This document shows, one piece after another, positions 38,701 to 47,282 of a stretch of DNA of 51,036 nt. Within the stretch, counting starts at the first letter, position 1; the number at the start of each line of letters is the position of its first letter. The stretch is from Candidatus Jordarchaeia archaeon (lineage in GTDB: Archaea; Asgardarchaeota; Jordiarchaeia; Jordiarchaeales; Jordiarchaeaceae), in NCBI GenBank assembly GCA_029856435.1, contig JAHQXB010000035.1, forward strand, positions 1 to 51,036, given 5' to 3'. The notes under the pieces are model-generated. The model saw only the letters and a list, made by a program, of their open reading frames with translations. It was not told the DNA's origin and searched no databases. Made by a program: the position numbers and the translations under genes.

Positions 38701-38911
38701 AGTTGCAGTTTTATTCCTCCATGAAAAAGATCTTGAAAAGGCCGAGAAGCTGAACAGCCAATGGAAAATACCCCTACTTATGGGCAGCCTAATTAATCTT
38801 AATATGCTTCTCACAGAAATAGTGAAGTCTTCTGGAAAAACATCAAACCTACCCTACAGTCCAGAGAAGGATTTACAAGAGTTAATATCTTGGCTTCGAA
38901 CAGAAACTTAA
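35771..38911 (+). CDS. Large HerA/VirB4-like protein with degenerate Walker motifs and a C-terminal wHTH
   Basis: ILLGKTV...HYVVIFGESHEKT...WIVFDFKGDF...LKINLF follows the HerA/VirB4 order; Walker B position reads VINCPE. The true start may be TTG 36128, which is in frame with a GGGGG RBS upstream. Confidence 0.6.
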   Translation: MVFIYDFAIFYVETLGAIMNILKVDDEIMWNGLGKMFKSNFHPFLCLILLLQIKFILFKVGQLTLSSSFVNLSHFIHSESFVLPFLIFFGAVFFDGKKVPFSRYLLTQDKIRLLRGKNVLSEETVFQLFPSSEKDGFNSPLCQNFLVSDVELDEQLEYAYEINVRGETISPCLYIFSKQPIMEEDLDRKVQSVLSTFNLGADYTRMYFEILEEEFLGLIGGAYFTAIRKAKGEKNILILDANGNSTYVAVLILKGAPNCESLDPQCLDLFLNSIENLDTNLTLVIPFRFLKRKESEQTYKNLKTRVRVKSKTPIKYCEASPYLVVRGASLESIKNHMKRVYAAASAAWSGVRERINVEFLDCSGIKKFLHNIICRRLLPDKDVFFIKNLSIYLKVPTSTNKRKLNSPIGLANENLKGNISNSDRILLGKTVLSGRTVSVWMDYENLLHYVVIFGESHEKTYFIMSLLKKIKKPWIVFDFKGDFKLKGLCNDSISFFSLNSGSEQLKINLFDSKGKSPEEHASFLISIFKKFFENKLENMQEPLHRILSYFSNALRCEHGLREFNNAFNEILKINDSKKQTIIRELTLLLHNLQQGALSNVFSSSHSNVGPEIADKRVVIDLNPLYSEADIIGIKFLTTYILALLSSGLSEEINGLKHVTVINCPENCSELINFLTQAVLDKSTLLKNGEGLILSVPHPQDFKSIYSLDSCYTIIVDGLREPRRGAEIIGGINPEEIENLGGKTLMIMPGTGNKIKFETDWDKNLVNKETGLSLKGELINNCFKAPATFEMEGTRDELELKHQLFPVKNTFVTADQFLRGVNNPKISFNPPYDLSGEQVAVLVEQVLNILDSEIYLTDLFISKITGLTPKTVNKIMREVLKSDSGIQRIYVPVVGSKTNIPLYYSKFGPKYENVQDKYLKDILDEICFKNGIDFLLKSDPETGADGKIESYALKLFVHLPRDDELKGTFQKLFLKFNRVAVLFLHEKDLEKAEKLNSQWKIPLLMGSLINLNMLLTEIVKSSGKTSNLPYSPEKDLQELISWLRTET

Positions 38912-39121
38912 CCCAAAAAGAAAAATCCATGATTTAAAAAGAACTTCTGCATAATAATCAAAAAATACACCTTAAAGAGAACCTTTTTTCACTTCTCAAA
39001 AAGGGTTTACTTTTATGGCTTTGGAACGAAGTATACGCTTCACATCACTTTTATGCAGCGCCAAAAATATGAGAAACTGTATCCGCTTCAGTATCATTGG
39101 AAAATTTTTTATCCTTTATGC

Positions 39122-39255
39122 TATAGACTTTCCATTTAATTTTTTCCTTTTCGCTTCAAGAAAGTATGGCTTTTTCCGCCTTTTTTTGGGGAAAGAAGCC
39201 TTAAATAACCCCGGTCAAGGATAGGTTTAGGAAAAAATTAATGAGAAACTCTATA
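39122..39255. mobile_element. MITE family B, copy 3 (inverted, 134 bp including flanking TA)
   Basis: Reverse complement of copy 2 with 4 mismatches. Confidence 0.88.
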
Positions 39256-39397
39256 AAGAATTATGCGACTATAGCTCTCAAAAGTTATGGTATAAACTCG
39301 TTATGCCTTTAATGAAAGGGCCGCATCATTTTTCAATGAAATTTTCGTTAAATACTTTAACCATTATACGCTATAAGATAAGTGGTCGGATTCTGCG

Positions 39398-40129
39398 ATG
39401 TGTGACAAATTTGATGAAGCAGTTTCGGAGCTAGTTGCAGGGGTAGAGGCTCACGGTGGTAAGGAGTATAAAATTGCCTCACAGCACTTTAAGAAGGCTG
39501 CGGAACTATTTAAAAGGTTAAGGGAGGAGGAAATGGATGAGCAGCTTCAGACCACCGCCGCAGGAAACTTTTATCAGGCCCGCGCCAATTATCATCAGTC
39601 TATTGCGGATTATCTAAACTTTAAGATGCAAGATTATGAATCCGCTGCAAATAGCTACAATAACGCCGTTGCTGACAAAAAAAATGCTATAAAGATTGTA
39701 AAGGATTTACTAAAAGAAGGGTGGATTAAAGACCAAAAACTCCCCTTGGAGTTGGAGTCAGATCTATATGGACTTGAGGCGGCAAGATTTGAGTGTCTGG
39801 CCCAAACTGCGATTATGAATAAAAATCTAGAGAAGGCAGCGGATCATTTCCGAGAGGCTTGCGAAGCATTCAAGAATAAAGAAAAAATTGAAGAAGATCT
39901 AAAGAATCCCCACGAAGAAAAACTCGCTAGAGCTGATAAGACCAAGTGTGAGGGCCTTTACCATGAGTGCTTGGGTATCTACTACCTTGAAAAAGGTAAG
40001 AAAAAGCAAGCTAAAGAACTATTACTCAAGGCTAAAGAAAGATACGAAGAAGCAGTAAACCTAAATCCGGAATTCCAGGTGTTAAGTAAAGCTCTTGAAA
40101 GAGTAAACCACATCCTTCTTAAACTTTAA
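39398..40129 (+). CDS. All-alpha TPR/SNAP-like repeat protein
   Basis: Repeated A..F/Y..A helices (ASQHFKKAAELF, AANSYNNA, AADHFREACEAF, AKERYEEAVNLNP). Confidence 0.7.
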   Translation: MCDKFDEAVSELVAGVEAHGGKEYKIASQHFKKAAELFKRLREEEMDEQLQTTAAGNFYQARANYHQSIADYLNFKMQDYESAANSYNNAVADKKNAIKIVKDLLKEGWIKDQKLPLELESDLYGLEAARFECLAQTAIMNKNLEKAADHFREACEAFKNKEKIEEDLKNPHEEKLARADKTKCEGLYHECLGIYYLEKGKKKQAKELLLKAKERYEEAVNLNPEFQVLSKALERVNHILLKL

Positions 40130-40162
40130 TTTAATTCTCATTCAGCTAAACACTTTCAGTTT

Positions 40163-41491
40163 TCAAATGTCTTTTTGCAGTCTTGTGTAGAAGCGAACAA
40201 GTGCTCCCGTTGCTTTAACCGCTCTCTCCACTTCGGTAAAGACTGGAATCCGAAGTTTATATAGGCCACTAACCACTCGCCCATAACAGTCATTTTCAAT
40301 CTGAATACACGCTGCTACAATTGGCTTTAACCTTTTTTCGGCTGCTTCCTTAAAGGCTTTTTCTATGTCAAACTCTATCTCTTTCATCAGTTCAAGCACA
40401 AGAAGTATGGCGTCCACGTTCTCATCTTCAAGGAGGGCTTCCACTGCGACTTTGTGTTTGTTTCCCACCTCTACACCATCAAGACGGCTTGGAGGCCAGT
40501 AATCTACAGGGTTTACCGTTTTTGCCCGCTCATTTAGCACTTTTTCTTTTAAGATTTTAACTGTATTTGGGCTGAGATCGGCGATTTTTAAACCATTTTT
40601 CTCTAATGATCTTACGGCTAAATCAATGGCGCCAGAGGAGGGGCCCACTATTGCAACTCTATTCCCCTTAGGTTTAGGTGAAAGAATGAAAATTTTAGCC
40701 AGTTCAAATATTTCCGTATAAAGGGACGCACAAATAGCTCCTGCCCTAACTAGTTGCTCTCTTCTTTCCTCAGGACAATGTAAAATTATGGGCTTCTGAT
40801 GGGAGACCTCTCTAATCACATCCACAATCTCATCAGTAACCCTTCTAAAATAAGCTGTAATAACCCTTGTAGAAGGATCTTGTGCAAAAAATCTGAGTAG
40901 CTCCCCTTCACTGACATCACAGGTATTTCCTAAGTGAACTATTTTATTGAATCTTAAATCGTTTGGCTGCCACCATCCCAGTCCACCAGACAGCCCACCA
41001 CTTTGGCCGATAAAGCTTACTTCTCCCGCTTCGAAGTTTCTAACAGGAGTTAGGGTTGTGGCGAAACGATGGGTGTAATCTATTAAACCTATGGTATTGG
41101 GGCCAATTAGCCTCAAATTGTTCTCCTTAGCTATACGAGTGAGTGTTTCCTCTTTCTTTTTTCCCCAACCATCACATTCGGAGAAACCCGAAGATTGCAA
41201 AATAATGTTCTTAACACCGCTTCTAGCTAACTCTTCAACCGCACCCACCACCAGATCTGAAGACAAAGCAACAATTGCGGTCTCTGGAACCTCTGGAATA
41301 TCTTTAACAGTTTTAAAAGCGGGAAAACCAAGAATATTATCCCTATCAGGGTGAACCAAAAAGACTTTGCCAGTGTAGCCAATTTCGATTATATTTTTTA
41401 AAATCTGGTTTCCAAATTTTCCAGGAGAGCCTGAGGCTCCTAGAATGAGGATGCTTTTAGGATTAAAGAAGGATTCAAGACTCATCTTCAA
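40163..41491 (-). CDS. Acyl-CoA synthetase (NDP-forming) alpha-like CoA-binding protein lacking the phospho-His loop
   Basis: GASGSPGKFG, RLIGPNTIG, IGQSGG, LGNTCD and NPVD are present; the K.G...SHTG segment is absent (KPIILHCPEERREQLVRAG). Confidence 0.8.
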   Translation of the reverse strand: MKMSLESFFNPKSILILGASGSPGKFGNQILKNIIEIGYTGKVFLVHPDRDNILGFPAFKTVKDIPEVPETAIVALSSDLVVGAVEELARSGVKNIILQSSGFSECDGWGKKKEETLTRIAKENNLRLIGPNTIGLIDYTHRFATTLTPVRNFEAGEVSFIGQSGGLSGGLGWWQPNDLRFNKIVHLGNTCDVSEGELLRFFAQDPSTRVITAYFRRVTDEIVDVIREVSHQKPIILHCPEERREQLVRAGAICASLYTEIFELAKIFILSPKPKGNRVAIVGPSSGAIDLAVRSLEKNGLKIADLSPNTVKILKEKVLNERAKTVNPVDYWPPSRLDGVEVGNKHKVAVEALLEDENVDAILLVLELMKEIEFDIEKAFKEAAEKRLKPIVAACIQIENDCYGRVVSGLYKLRIPVFTEVERAVKATGALVRFYTRLQKDI

Positions 41492-42630
41492 CCCCTATAC
41501 CTGAATGCCTCTAAGATGCTGGAACACGCCCCACAACGCACACATCCAGCAAGATTCCTAGAAGGATCAAGATTGTATTCAGACAAAATCTCGGCAACCT
41601 TTAGATAAAGATTTATCATTCTCTCAGCACTCGGAGGGTTAAGACTCTCAAACTCAGTCCCCAAAATCGGTCTGAAAGGAACCAAAAAGGGAACAACCCC
41701 TAGCCTAGTAACTGTTTCCACTCCCTGTAATATGCTTACATCATCCTCCCCCAAACCTGCAATAATATAAGTACTAACCTGCGACTCTCCAAATAGTTCC
41801 ACCGCTTTCTTCCAAGAGTTCAAATACTCATCAAAACTTACCTTAGCCTTACCCGGACATACCTTTTCTAGGACTACCCTATCAAAGTTTTCAATGTGTA
41901 TACCTACCGTATCCACTCCCACATCTGCTAACAACTCCAAATACCCGACACTGGGTGGCTCCAGCTGTACATGAATTGGGACATCATAATTTTCCTTTAA
42001 TTCTCTAGCTGTTTCTGCCAGAATTTTTGCCCCCCTGTCGGGCGTGCCTGGAGTACCAGTAGTTAATGTGATGTGACGGCACACGCCTTCTTCAACTGCT
42101 GCTCCAGTAACCTCCACTAAATCCTTGGGATTTTTTCTTGGAACAGTGGAGCCATCCTTTAGTGAATTTTCAATTCCACAAAACTTACAACTTTGACCAG
42201 TAGACCAATATACACATTTCTGAAGAACCGTTGTTGCCAGACAGTCCTTACCGTGGAGGAGTGCTATTTTATACATGGGGTGTCCGCTGGATGTTTTTCG
42301 AGAATAAAATCTGGGAGAATCAATCAATTCTATGTCGGTGATCTTATCTCCATCTTTGTAAAGAGACCAGCTGGAACCGAGCTTTCTTAAAATAATATCC
42401 GAATTTTTTACAAAGTGTGGCCACAGGGGAACATTAACTACAGAGTTATTGGGTAAAATCATGAATCTTCCGCCAGCTGGGCCGGCTCCAGCCTTCCTCC
42501 CCTTTTCGATACTGTCTTCTGTCTTAACCCCTTTGCAAAGAAGCTCTGTCTTTAAATTCATTAGTTTCAAGAAGTTTCCCCGCTTTTTGTTAACGAAATT
42601 TTCGGCAACAAGATAAAGATGTCTAAACAT
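41488..42630 (-). CDS. Radical SAM protein, MSMEG_0568-like
   Basis: RKAGAGP, HGKDCLATTVLQKC, spaced Cys motif CVYWSTGQSCKFC, C-terminal AGCVRCGACS; overlaps the next gene by 4 bp. The true start may be near 42570. Confidence 0.8.
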   Translation of the reverse strand: MFRHLYLVAENFVNKKRGNFLKLMNLKTELLCKGVKTEDSIEKGRKAGAGPAGGRFMILPNNSVVNVPLWPHFVKNSDIILRKLGSSWSLYKDGDKITDIELIDSPRFYSRKTSSGHPMYKIALLHGKDCLATTVLQKCVYWSTGQSCKFCGIENSLKDGSTVPRKNPKDLVEVTGAAVEEGVCRHITLTTGTPGTPDRGAKILAETARELKENYDVPIHVQLEPPSVGYLELLADVGVDTVGIHIENFDRVVLEKVCPGKAKVSFDEYLNSWKKAVELFGESQVSTYIIAGLGEDDVSILQGVETVTRLGVVPFLVPFRPILGTEFESLNPPSAERMINLYLKVAEILSEYNLDPSRNLAGCVRCGACSSILEAFRYRG

Positions 42631-43129
42631 ATATACCTTTTGCCACCAAAAAAGGTACAGTTTCTTCAGCGTCTCCTGTTGCGGGGTGGTGCTGTTTTGA
42701 ACTCTTTTCTAGCTTAAAATTTGACATTTTCCAATCATCAAGCATCGGTTTTAGGCTCAAATAGGTTTTTTTATGCGTTGGATTTCTCCCACAAAAGGTG
42801 ACGCTTGGCTAATAGTGCCTATTTATAAACCAAAAAATAGTTTAATATGCCTGTTTTTTGAAGTTAGCTGCGTGAAGAGCAACGGTAACACCGTATGCCC
42901 CCCAATCCTTCCACAATAGAACCACGCAACGATAAGAATCAAAATTGGATATACACATACCTTTTATGCAAAAACATAAATACTATATAATGTGCCGAAA
43001 AGTTCTAAAAGTGGAATCTAAATCATTCATTTTTTAGTATTCCTCGTTTATCTCTATACAAAAAATAGAAATATCGGGGGATGTTTATAACTATTTGAGA
43101 TTAATAGACTAGAAGGGAAGGTATAAAAA

Positions 43130-43513
43130 GTGGTTACAGAATTAAAGGAAGAAAAATTTAAAGAGTTCGTTTCATCAAATCCCATAGTGTTAATAGATTT
43201 CTCAGCGACTTGGTGCGGTCCCTGTAAAATTCAGGGAAAAATTCTAGATGGTATTGAAGCTAAATTTGGGAATAAAATTGCGATAGCCAAGGTTGATGTC
43301 GACCAAAATCCGAATCTTGCACGAGATTTTAACATTTACGCAGTGCCTTCACTAGTATTTTTCTACAGAGGACAGCCTGTGGTTTTTGATGTAAAATCTG
43401 AAGAATCAACTGAGGAAGAACTGATAGAATCCTCGAAATTAGTGGGGGTTCAAAGCGAAGAAAACCTTGAAAAAATTATAGAAGAGCTTCTCTCGCAAAA
43501 AGACTCCAAATAA
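43130..43513 (+). CDS. trxA: Thioredoxin
   Basis: DFSATWCGPC, cis-Pro AVPS. Confidence 0.92.
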   Translation: MVTELKEEKFKEFVSSNPIVLIDFSATWCGPCKIQGKILDGIEAKFGNKIAIAKVDVDQNPNLARDFNIYAVPSLVFFYRGQPVVFDVKSEESTEEELIESSKLVGVQSEENLEKIIEELLSQKDSK

Positions 43514-43769
43514 CCGAAAATAAATATGAAAAGAATAATACATCCAAAAATGTTTTCCTTGAGTTCACACTTTGCTTCCATCACCGGCCCTTATGCTAAA
43601 ACACCGCTAGTAACTCAATAATTGTTTTTTTTATCCTTCTTTTAAGCTTTAAATTCTTACTTAATAGTTTTCGGCAGATTTTGGGGTATCTCCAAATTAG
43701 CCCGTAAGGTCTTCGGGTCTTCAAAAAGTACTAATAGCTGTTCCCGCTAAGTTCTCAAAGAAATAATTT

Positions 43770-44213
43770 TTGGAGGAAGTTTTACTGCCTATTCCTAAGA
43801 TTCAAAAAATTATTCTCAATAATGAGCACATTGAAATGATGCTTGAAGAAACTCGTAAAACCTATCCCAAAGAAGCATGCGGAGTTATTTTGGGACTTTT
43901 CGAGGGGGAAACAGCCAAAGCCCAAGAAGTGGTTTTTACCAAGAATGTGGCGGAATCATCAGTTAGCTTTGTGATAGATGTTGAGGAGCTTTATAGGATA
44001 CTGGTGCAGGCTGAGGGCGAGGGTAAAGAAATGATTGGGATCTTTCACTCCCACCCCACCATCGCTAAACCTTCAAGTGCCGATAAACCTTTTATGGAGA
44101 TAAATCCAGTAGTTTGGGTCATATTTGGAACCTTAAGTGACAGGATTGATATGGCCGCGTATCAGTGGTTCGAAAATGTTATACATCCCGTAGAAATAGT
44201 AGTGGAACACTAA
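43770..44213 (+). CDS. JAMM/MPN+ metalloprotease (desampylase/Mov34-like)
   Basis: PKEACGVILG and JAMM motif FHSHP....PSSAD. Confidence 0.9.
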   Translation: MEEVLLPIPKIQKIILNNEHIEMMLEETRKTYPKEACGVILGLFEGETAKAQEVVFTKNVAESSVSFVIDVEELYRILVQAEGEGKEMIGIFHSHPTIAKPSSADKPFMEINPVVWVIFGTLSDRIDMAAYQWFENVIHPVEIVVEH

Positions 44214-44282
44214 AGGTAATAAAGGACTGTTTTTAAATAAAGATCTTGGGGATGTTCTTTGAGTAATTCCCTTTTTGGAATT

Positions 44283-44960
44283 CTAAACAAGGTGAATATG
44301 GTCACCGTCCACCCTAACTAATCCCTTTTTCTCAAGTTCAAGTACTATGCGTCTTACTGTTCCCTCTTGTAATCCCAATGCTTTTTTAATATCCTGTATG
44401 TTGCTAGAACCGTATTTTTTCACTATGAAGTAGGGCTTGTAATTAATGTCCTCCATTATCAAGGATTCTATTGAAGCTAGTTTTGAGTCTTTATCTTTGA
44501 TTGTTTTCTCCAAGTCTGAGATTCTTGCGGCTGTCACGTCTAATTGCTGATTTAGTTCATTTATTATCTCATCTTTTTCCCTAGTTTGGTTCTCCAGTTC
44601 AGTAATCCTTTTCTCAAGGCTACGTATTTTAGAAGTTAAATCCTCTTCTCGATACTTGTGATCATCTGATTCATCTTTCATTTTGCTCTCTAGGTTCTTT
44701 ATTTTGTTTATTTGGTCTTCAGACTGGCTCTTAAGCTGGTTTAAAAGGTCGCTGAGTTTCTGGATTTCAAGTTCGTATATCCTTTTGAGATGTGCTAATT
44801 CATTTTCGCGCTGCTTGACCATGTTTTCAAGTTCCTTGATTCTAAGACTCTGCTCTTGTATAACTTCTCCTTGTTCTAAAACTTTTCTTTCAAGTTTGCC
44901 GTAAGCTTCCTTTTGAGCTTCTGTCATGTCTCCCTTTTTTTGGTATACGCTCAATCTCAT
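44283..44960 (-). CDS. Long coiled-coil protein with C-terminal winged HTH
   Basis: About 165 aa of heptad-rich E/K/Q/L sequence, then IQDIKKALGLQEGTVRRIVLELEKKGLVRV. Confidence 0.75.
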   Translation of the reverse strand: MRLSVYQKKGDMTEAQKEAYGKLERKVLEQGEVIQEQSLRIKELENMVKQRENELAHLKRIYELEIQKLSDLLNQLKSQSEDQINKIKNLESKMKDESDDHKYREEDLTSKIRSLEKRITELENQTREKDEIINELNQQLDVTAARISDLEKTIKDKDSKLASIESLIMEDINYKPYFIVKKYGSSNIQDIKKALGLQEGTVRRIVLELEKKGLVRVDGDHIHLV

Positions 44961-45059
44961 TTCTCCAATTGAATAATTAGTAGGGGGTCAGTTTTGTCAC
45001 GGGTTCTTCATATTGGCTCCGTCTGGGACGGTAACATCATCCCCAAATAAAAGTACTTT

Positions 45060-45410
45060 TCAACTCTTATTAAACTTCTCTATTTCTCTATAACTCTTTT
45101 TGAAAAATCTCCGGACACCCCTTATTGTACCCGAGACACCTAGAGCATTTATTATAAGTGGTGATTCGTTTAACTCGGTTACTATTGCTAGTGCTGCCTT
45201 CATCATGTCAACACTCGTATGTGTACAACGTAAAATTCCCTCCCCCTTTTCTGGATTATACTCTATTAACCAGAAATTTGTTCTACTCGCCCCAACCTCC
45301 CCAAAAAGGTTGAGGAGCATTCTCCATATACAATCAACAATTCTCTCTGCCGAGAAGGCCGATTCACTAATAATTTTGAAGGCTATGTAACGGTTTCTAT
45401 ATAATTTCAA
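45060..45410 (-). CDS. rnp2: Ribonuclease P protein component 2 (Pop5/Rpp14)
   Basis: RNRYIAF, LFGEVG, GILRC, VSGTIR; position next to Rpp30. Confidence 0.9.
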   Translation of the reverse strand: MKLYRNRYIAFKIISESAFSAERIVDCIWRMLLNLFGEVGASRTNFWLIEYNPEKGEGILRCTHTSVDMMKAALAIVTELNESPLIINALGVSGTIRGVRRFFKKSYREIEKFNKS

Positions 45411-45443
45411 AGATAACTCTCCCCTGTCTGCTAGTACTTCTTT

Positions 45444-46142
45444 TTATTTTGACTTATTTCTCCGCTCCAAAATCTTTAAAGGATTTTTCGATAAAGCTTC
45501 CATACTCCGCTCGTAAGGCATTCCCAGCAAGCTACCTAATGCAGCCAAGGCTTTTGGAGCCCTTAATTCAAATTTGTTGTGCGCGTCGCTTGTTAAAACT
45601 AGTGAAATCTGCTCCTTCAAAGCAATTTCCAATGCGCTTCTGATTATGCCCAAAACGTTGGCTCTTCTTAAGCCCCTATTTAACAATATGGGTCTGATGG
45701 ATATTTCCAATGCGTTTTCACTACTGTAAATTAGACCTACAAGTGATTTATCGACTTGTTTATACATTTTAACTTCTGGAAAATAAAGTAGGTCTACATC
45801 GGTGTTCCTAGTTGCCCAAACTGCAACCCTCCTATTCAAACACGCAACTGCCACTACATCGACAGAGTCCCTAACCCGGTTCAACATCTTATGATTTTTA
45901 GCTACGTTATCAAAATTTAGATTTACGCGGGAATAAGCTGTTAGAGGAAGTTTGGATAGAGCTTCTTTAAGTTCTTTGTAATTGTCTTTCTGGAAGAAGT
46001 CTGCGAACGCTAACCCAGAGAAACCCAAAATTTTTGATATCCTGGCCATATCTTCAGGGGTTGACTGGCCCTCGCCAAAGTTTGAGCTCACATTAAAATC
46101 TAAATAAGTTGTCATTTTATCATCAGTCCGCGATCCAAACAA
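45444..46142 (-). CDS. rnp3: Ribonuclease P protein component 3 (Rpp30)
   Basis: TIM-barrel PHP-like fold with LVLTSDAHNKFELRAP and ALSKNP; conserved gene context. Confidence 0.85.
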   Translation of the reverse strand: MFGSRTDDKMTTYLDFNVSSNFGEGQSTPEDMARISKILGFSGLAFADFFQKDNYKELKEALSKLPLTAYSRVNLNFDNVAKNHKMLNRVRDSVDVVAVACLNRRVAVWATRNTDVDLLYFPEVKMYKQVDKSLVGLIYSSENALEISIRPILLNRGLRRANVLGIIRSALEIALKEQISLVLTSDAHNKFELRAPKALAALGSLLGMPYERSMEALSKNPLKILERRNKSK

Positions 46143-46579
46143 ATTTCCTCAATAAGTTCTTTGCTAATGGGATGGGCTGCGAACCTAATTCTAACGCGGA
46201 TTACGTCCTCACTCTCGCTAAGCTTGAGTCTACCTAAGAATGCTTCCTGCTTGTCGAAGCGAAGATAAAGTATCCCTGAATTGTCAAACCTCATATCAAA
46301 AAGTTGAGAAAGCCTCTTCTTATCCTCACCGTTCATCCTCTCTGAAAGCATACGCAAAAACCATTCGATAGTCTTCTTATCGGTTAGTTTAGCCTTGTAA
46401 ATAATTATTATGTTACGATAGTGGCCCTGCGCAGTTTCTCTGCTAACTAACTTTTCTCCCCCCTCTGGTAAGAGAAAAGATAGAGCCTTAAAAACCTTTT
46501 CCGGCTCTTCTGTAGCATGGGCAAAGGTTTCCAAATCAATCCAAATTACACGGGCCGAAGACACCAGTAGGCCACCCAA
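46112..46579 (-). CDS. Exosome-superoperon RNA-binding protein (COG1325-like)
   Basis: FAHATEEPEKV, GHYRNII, LYLRFDKQEA; sits between rpl15e and rnp3. Confidence 0.85.
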   Translation of the reverse strand: MGGLLVSSARVIWIDLETFAHATEEPEKVFKALSFLLPEGGEKLVSRETAQGHYRNIIIIYKAKLTDKKTIEWFLRMLSERMNGEDKKRLSQLFDMRFDNSGILYLRFDKQEAFLGRLKLSESEDVIRVRIRFAAHPISKELIEEICLDRGLMIK

Positions 46580-46594
46580 AACCTAGAATTACTT

Positions 46595-47179
46595 TTACCT
46601 TTTCCTTCCCTTTTGTACGCTAGGTCGAATTTTCTCTGCGCCCACTCCCTTGCGACGGAGGCCTCTTGCCTTCTTCCCGCTGGAGGTTAAACCTCGAAAA
46701 ACACGTCTCCGATTAGACTTGTTACAAATCCAGTTTATGCTGGGGTCATTCTTAATGGCGGGATGGTTTGGGTCAACTAGTATAACCTCGTACCACTTCG
46801 AGACGCCATCTGAAGCAACAAAGTACGAGTTTAAAACTTCGAGGTTAGGAAACTTTCTTGCAACTCGCTCCTCCGCGATCCATTTTAGATTCTTCACTGC
46901 GGTTAGCCTCTTGAATCCCATTTTTCTCGGTTTTCTGCCACTTCGGGGGCGGCTCCTACGAAGGGCGCCACGTCTCACATGGACTCGTGCGAGGACATAG
47001 CCCTGCTTAGCTTTATAACCCAAACTTCGCGCACGGTCCAAACGTGTAGGATGTTCTATGCGTACCACTGTTGGTTGTTTGCGCCACTGGGCAAGTCTCT
47101 CTCGCCACAAGGTACGCATCTCGTCAGTATCCGTTTCTCTCCAAGTTTCAGATATATAGCGATACATGCTCTTAACCAT
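46595..47179 (-). CDS. rpl15e: 50S ribosomal protein L15e (eL15)
   Basis: [45 protein letters not shown]. Confidence 0.97.
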   Translation of the reverse strand: MVKSMYRYISETWRETDTDEMRTLWRERLAQWRKQPTVVRIEHPTRLDRARSLGYKAKQGYVLARVHVRRGALRRSRPRSGRKPRKMGFKRLTAVKNLKWIAEERVARKFPNLEVLNSYFVASDGVSKWYEVILVDPNHPAIKNDPSINWICNKSNRRRVFRGLTSSGKKARGLRRKGVGAEKIRPSVQKGRKR

Positions 47180-47282
47180 AATATAGCCTCCCTATTCACG
47201 GTTCAGCCATTTAAGGCAACATTCCAACGGGTAAGCTTTGAAAAACAAACTTCCTGTGTGAGCGATGATGAAGAAGTGGTTA

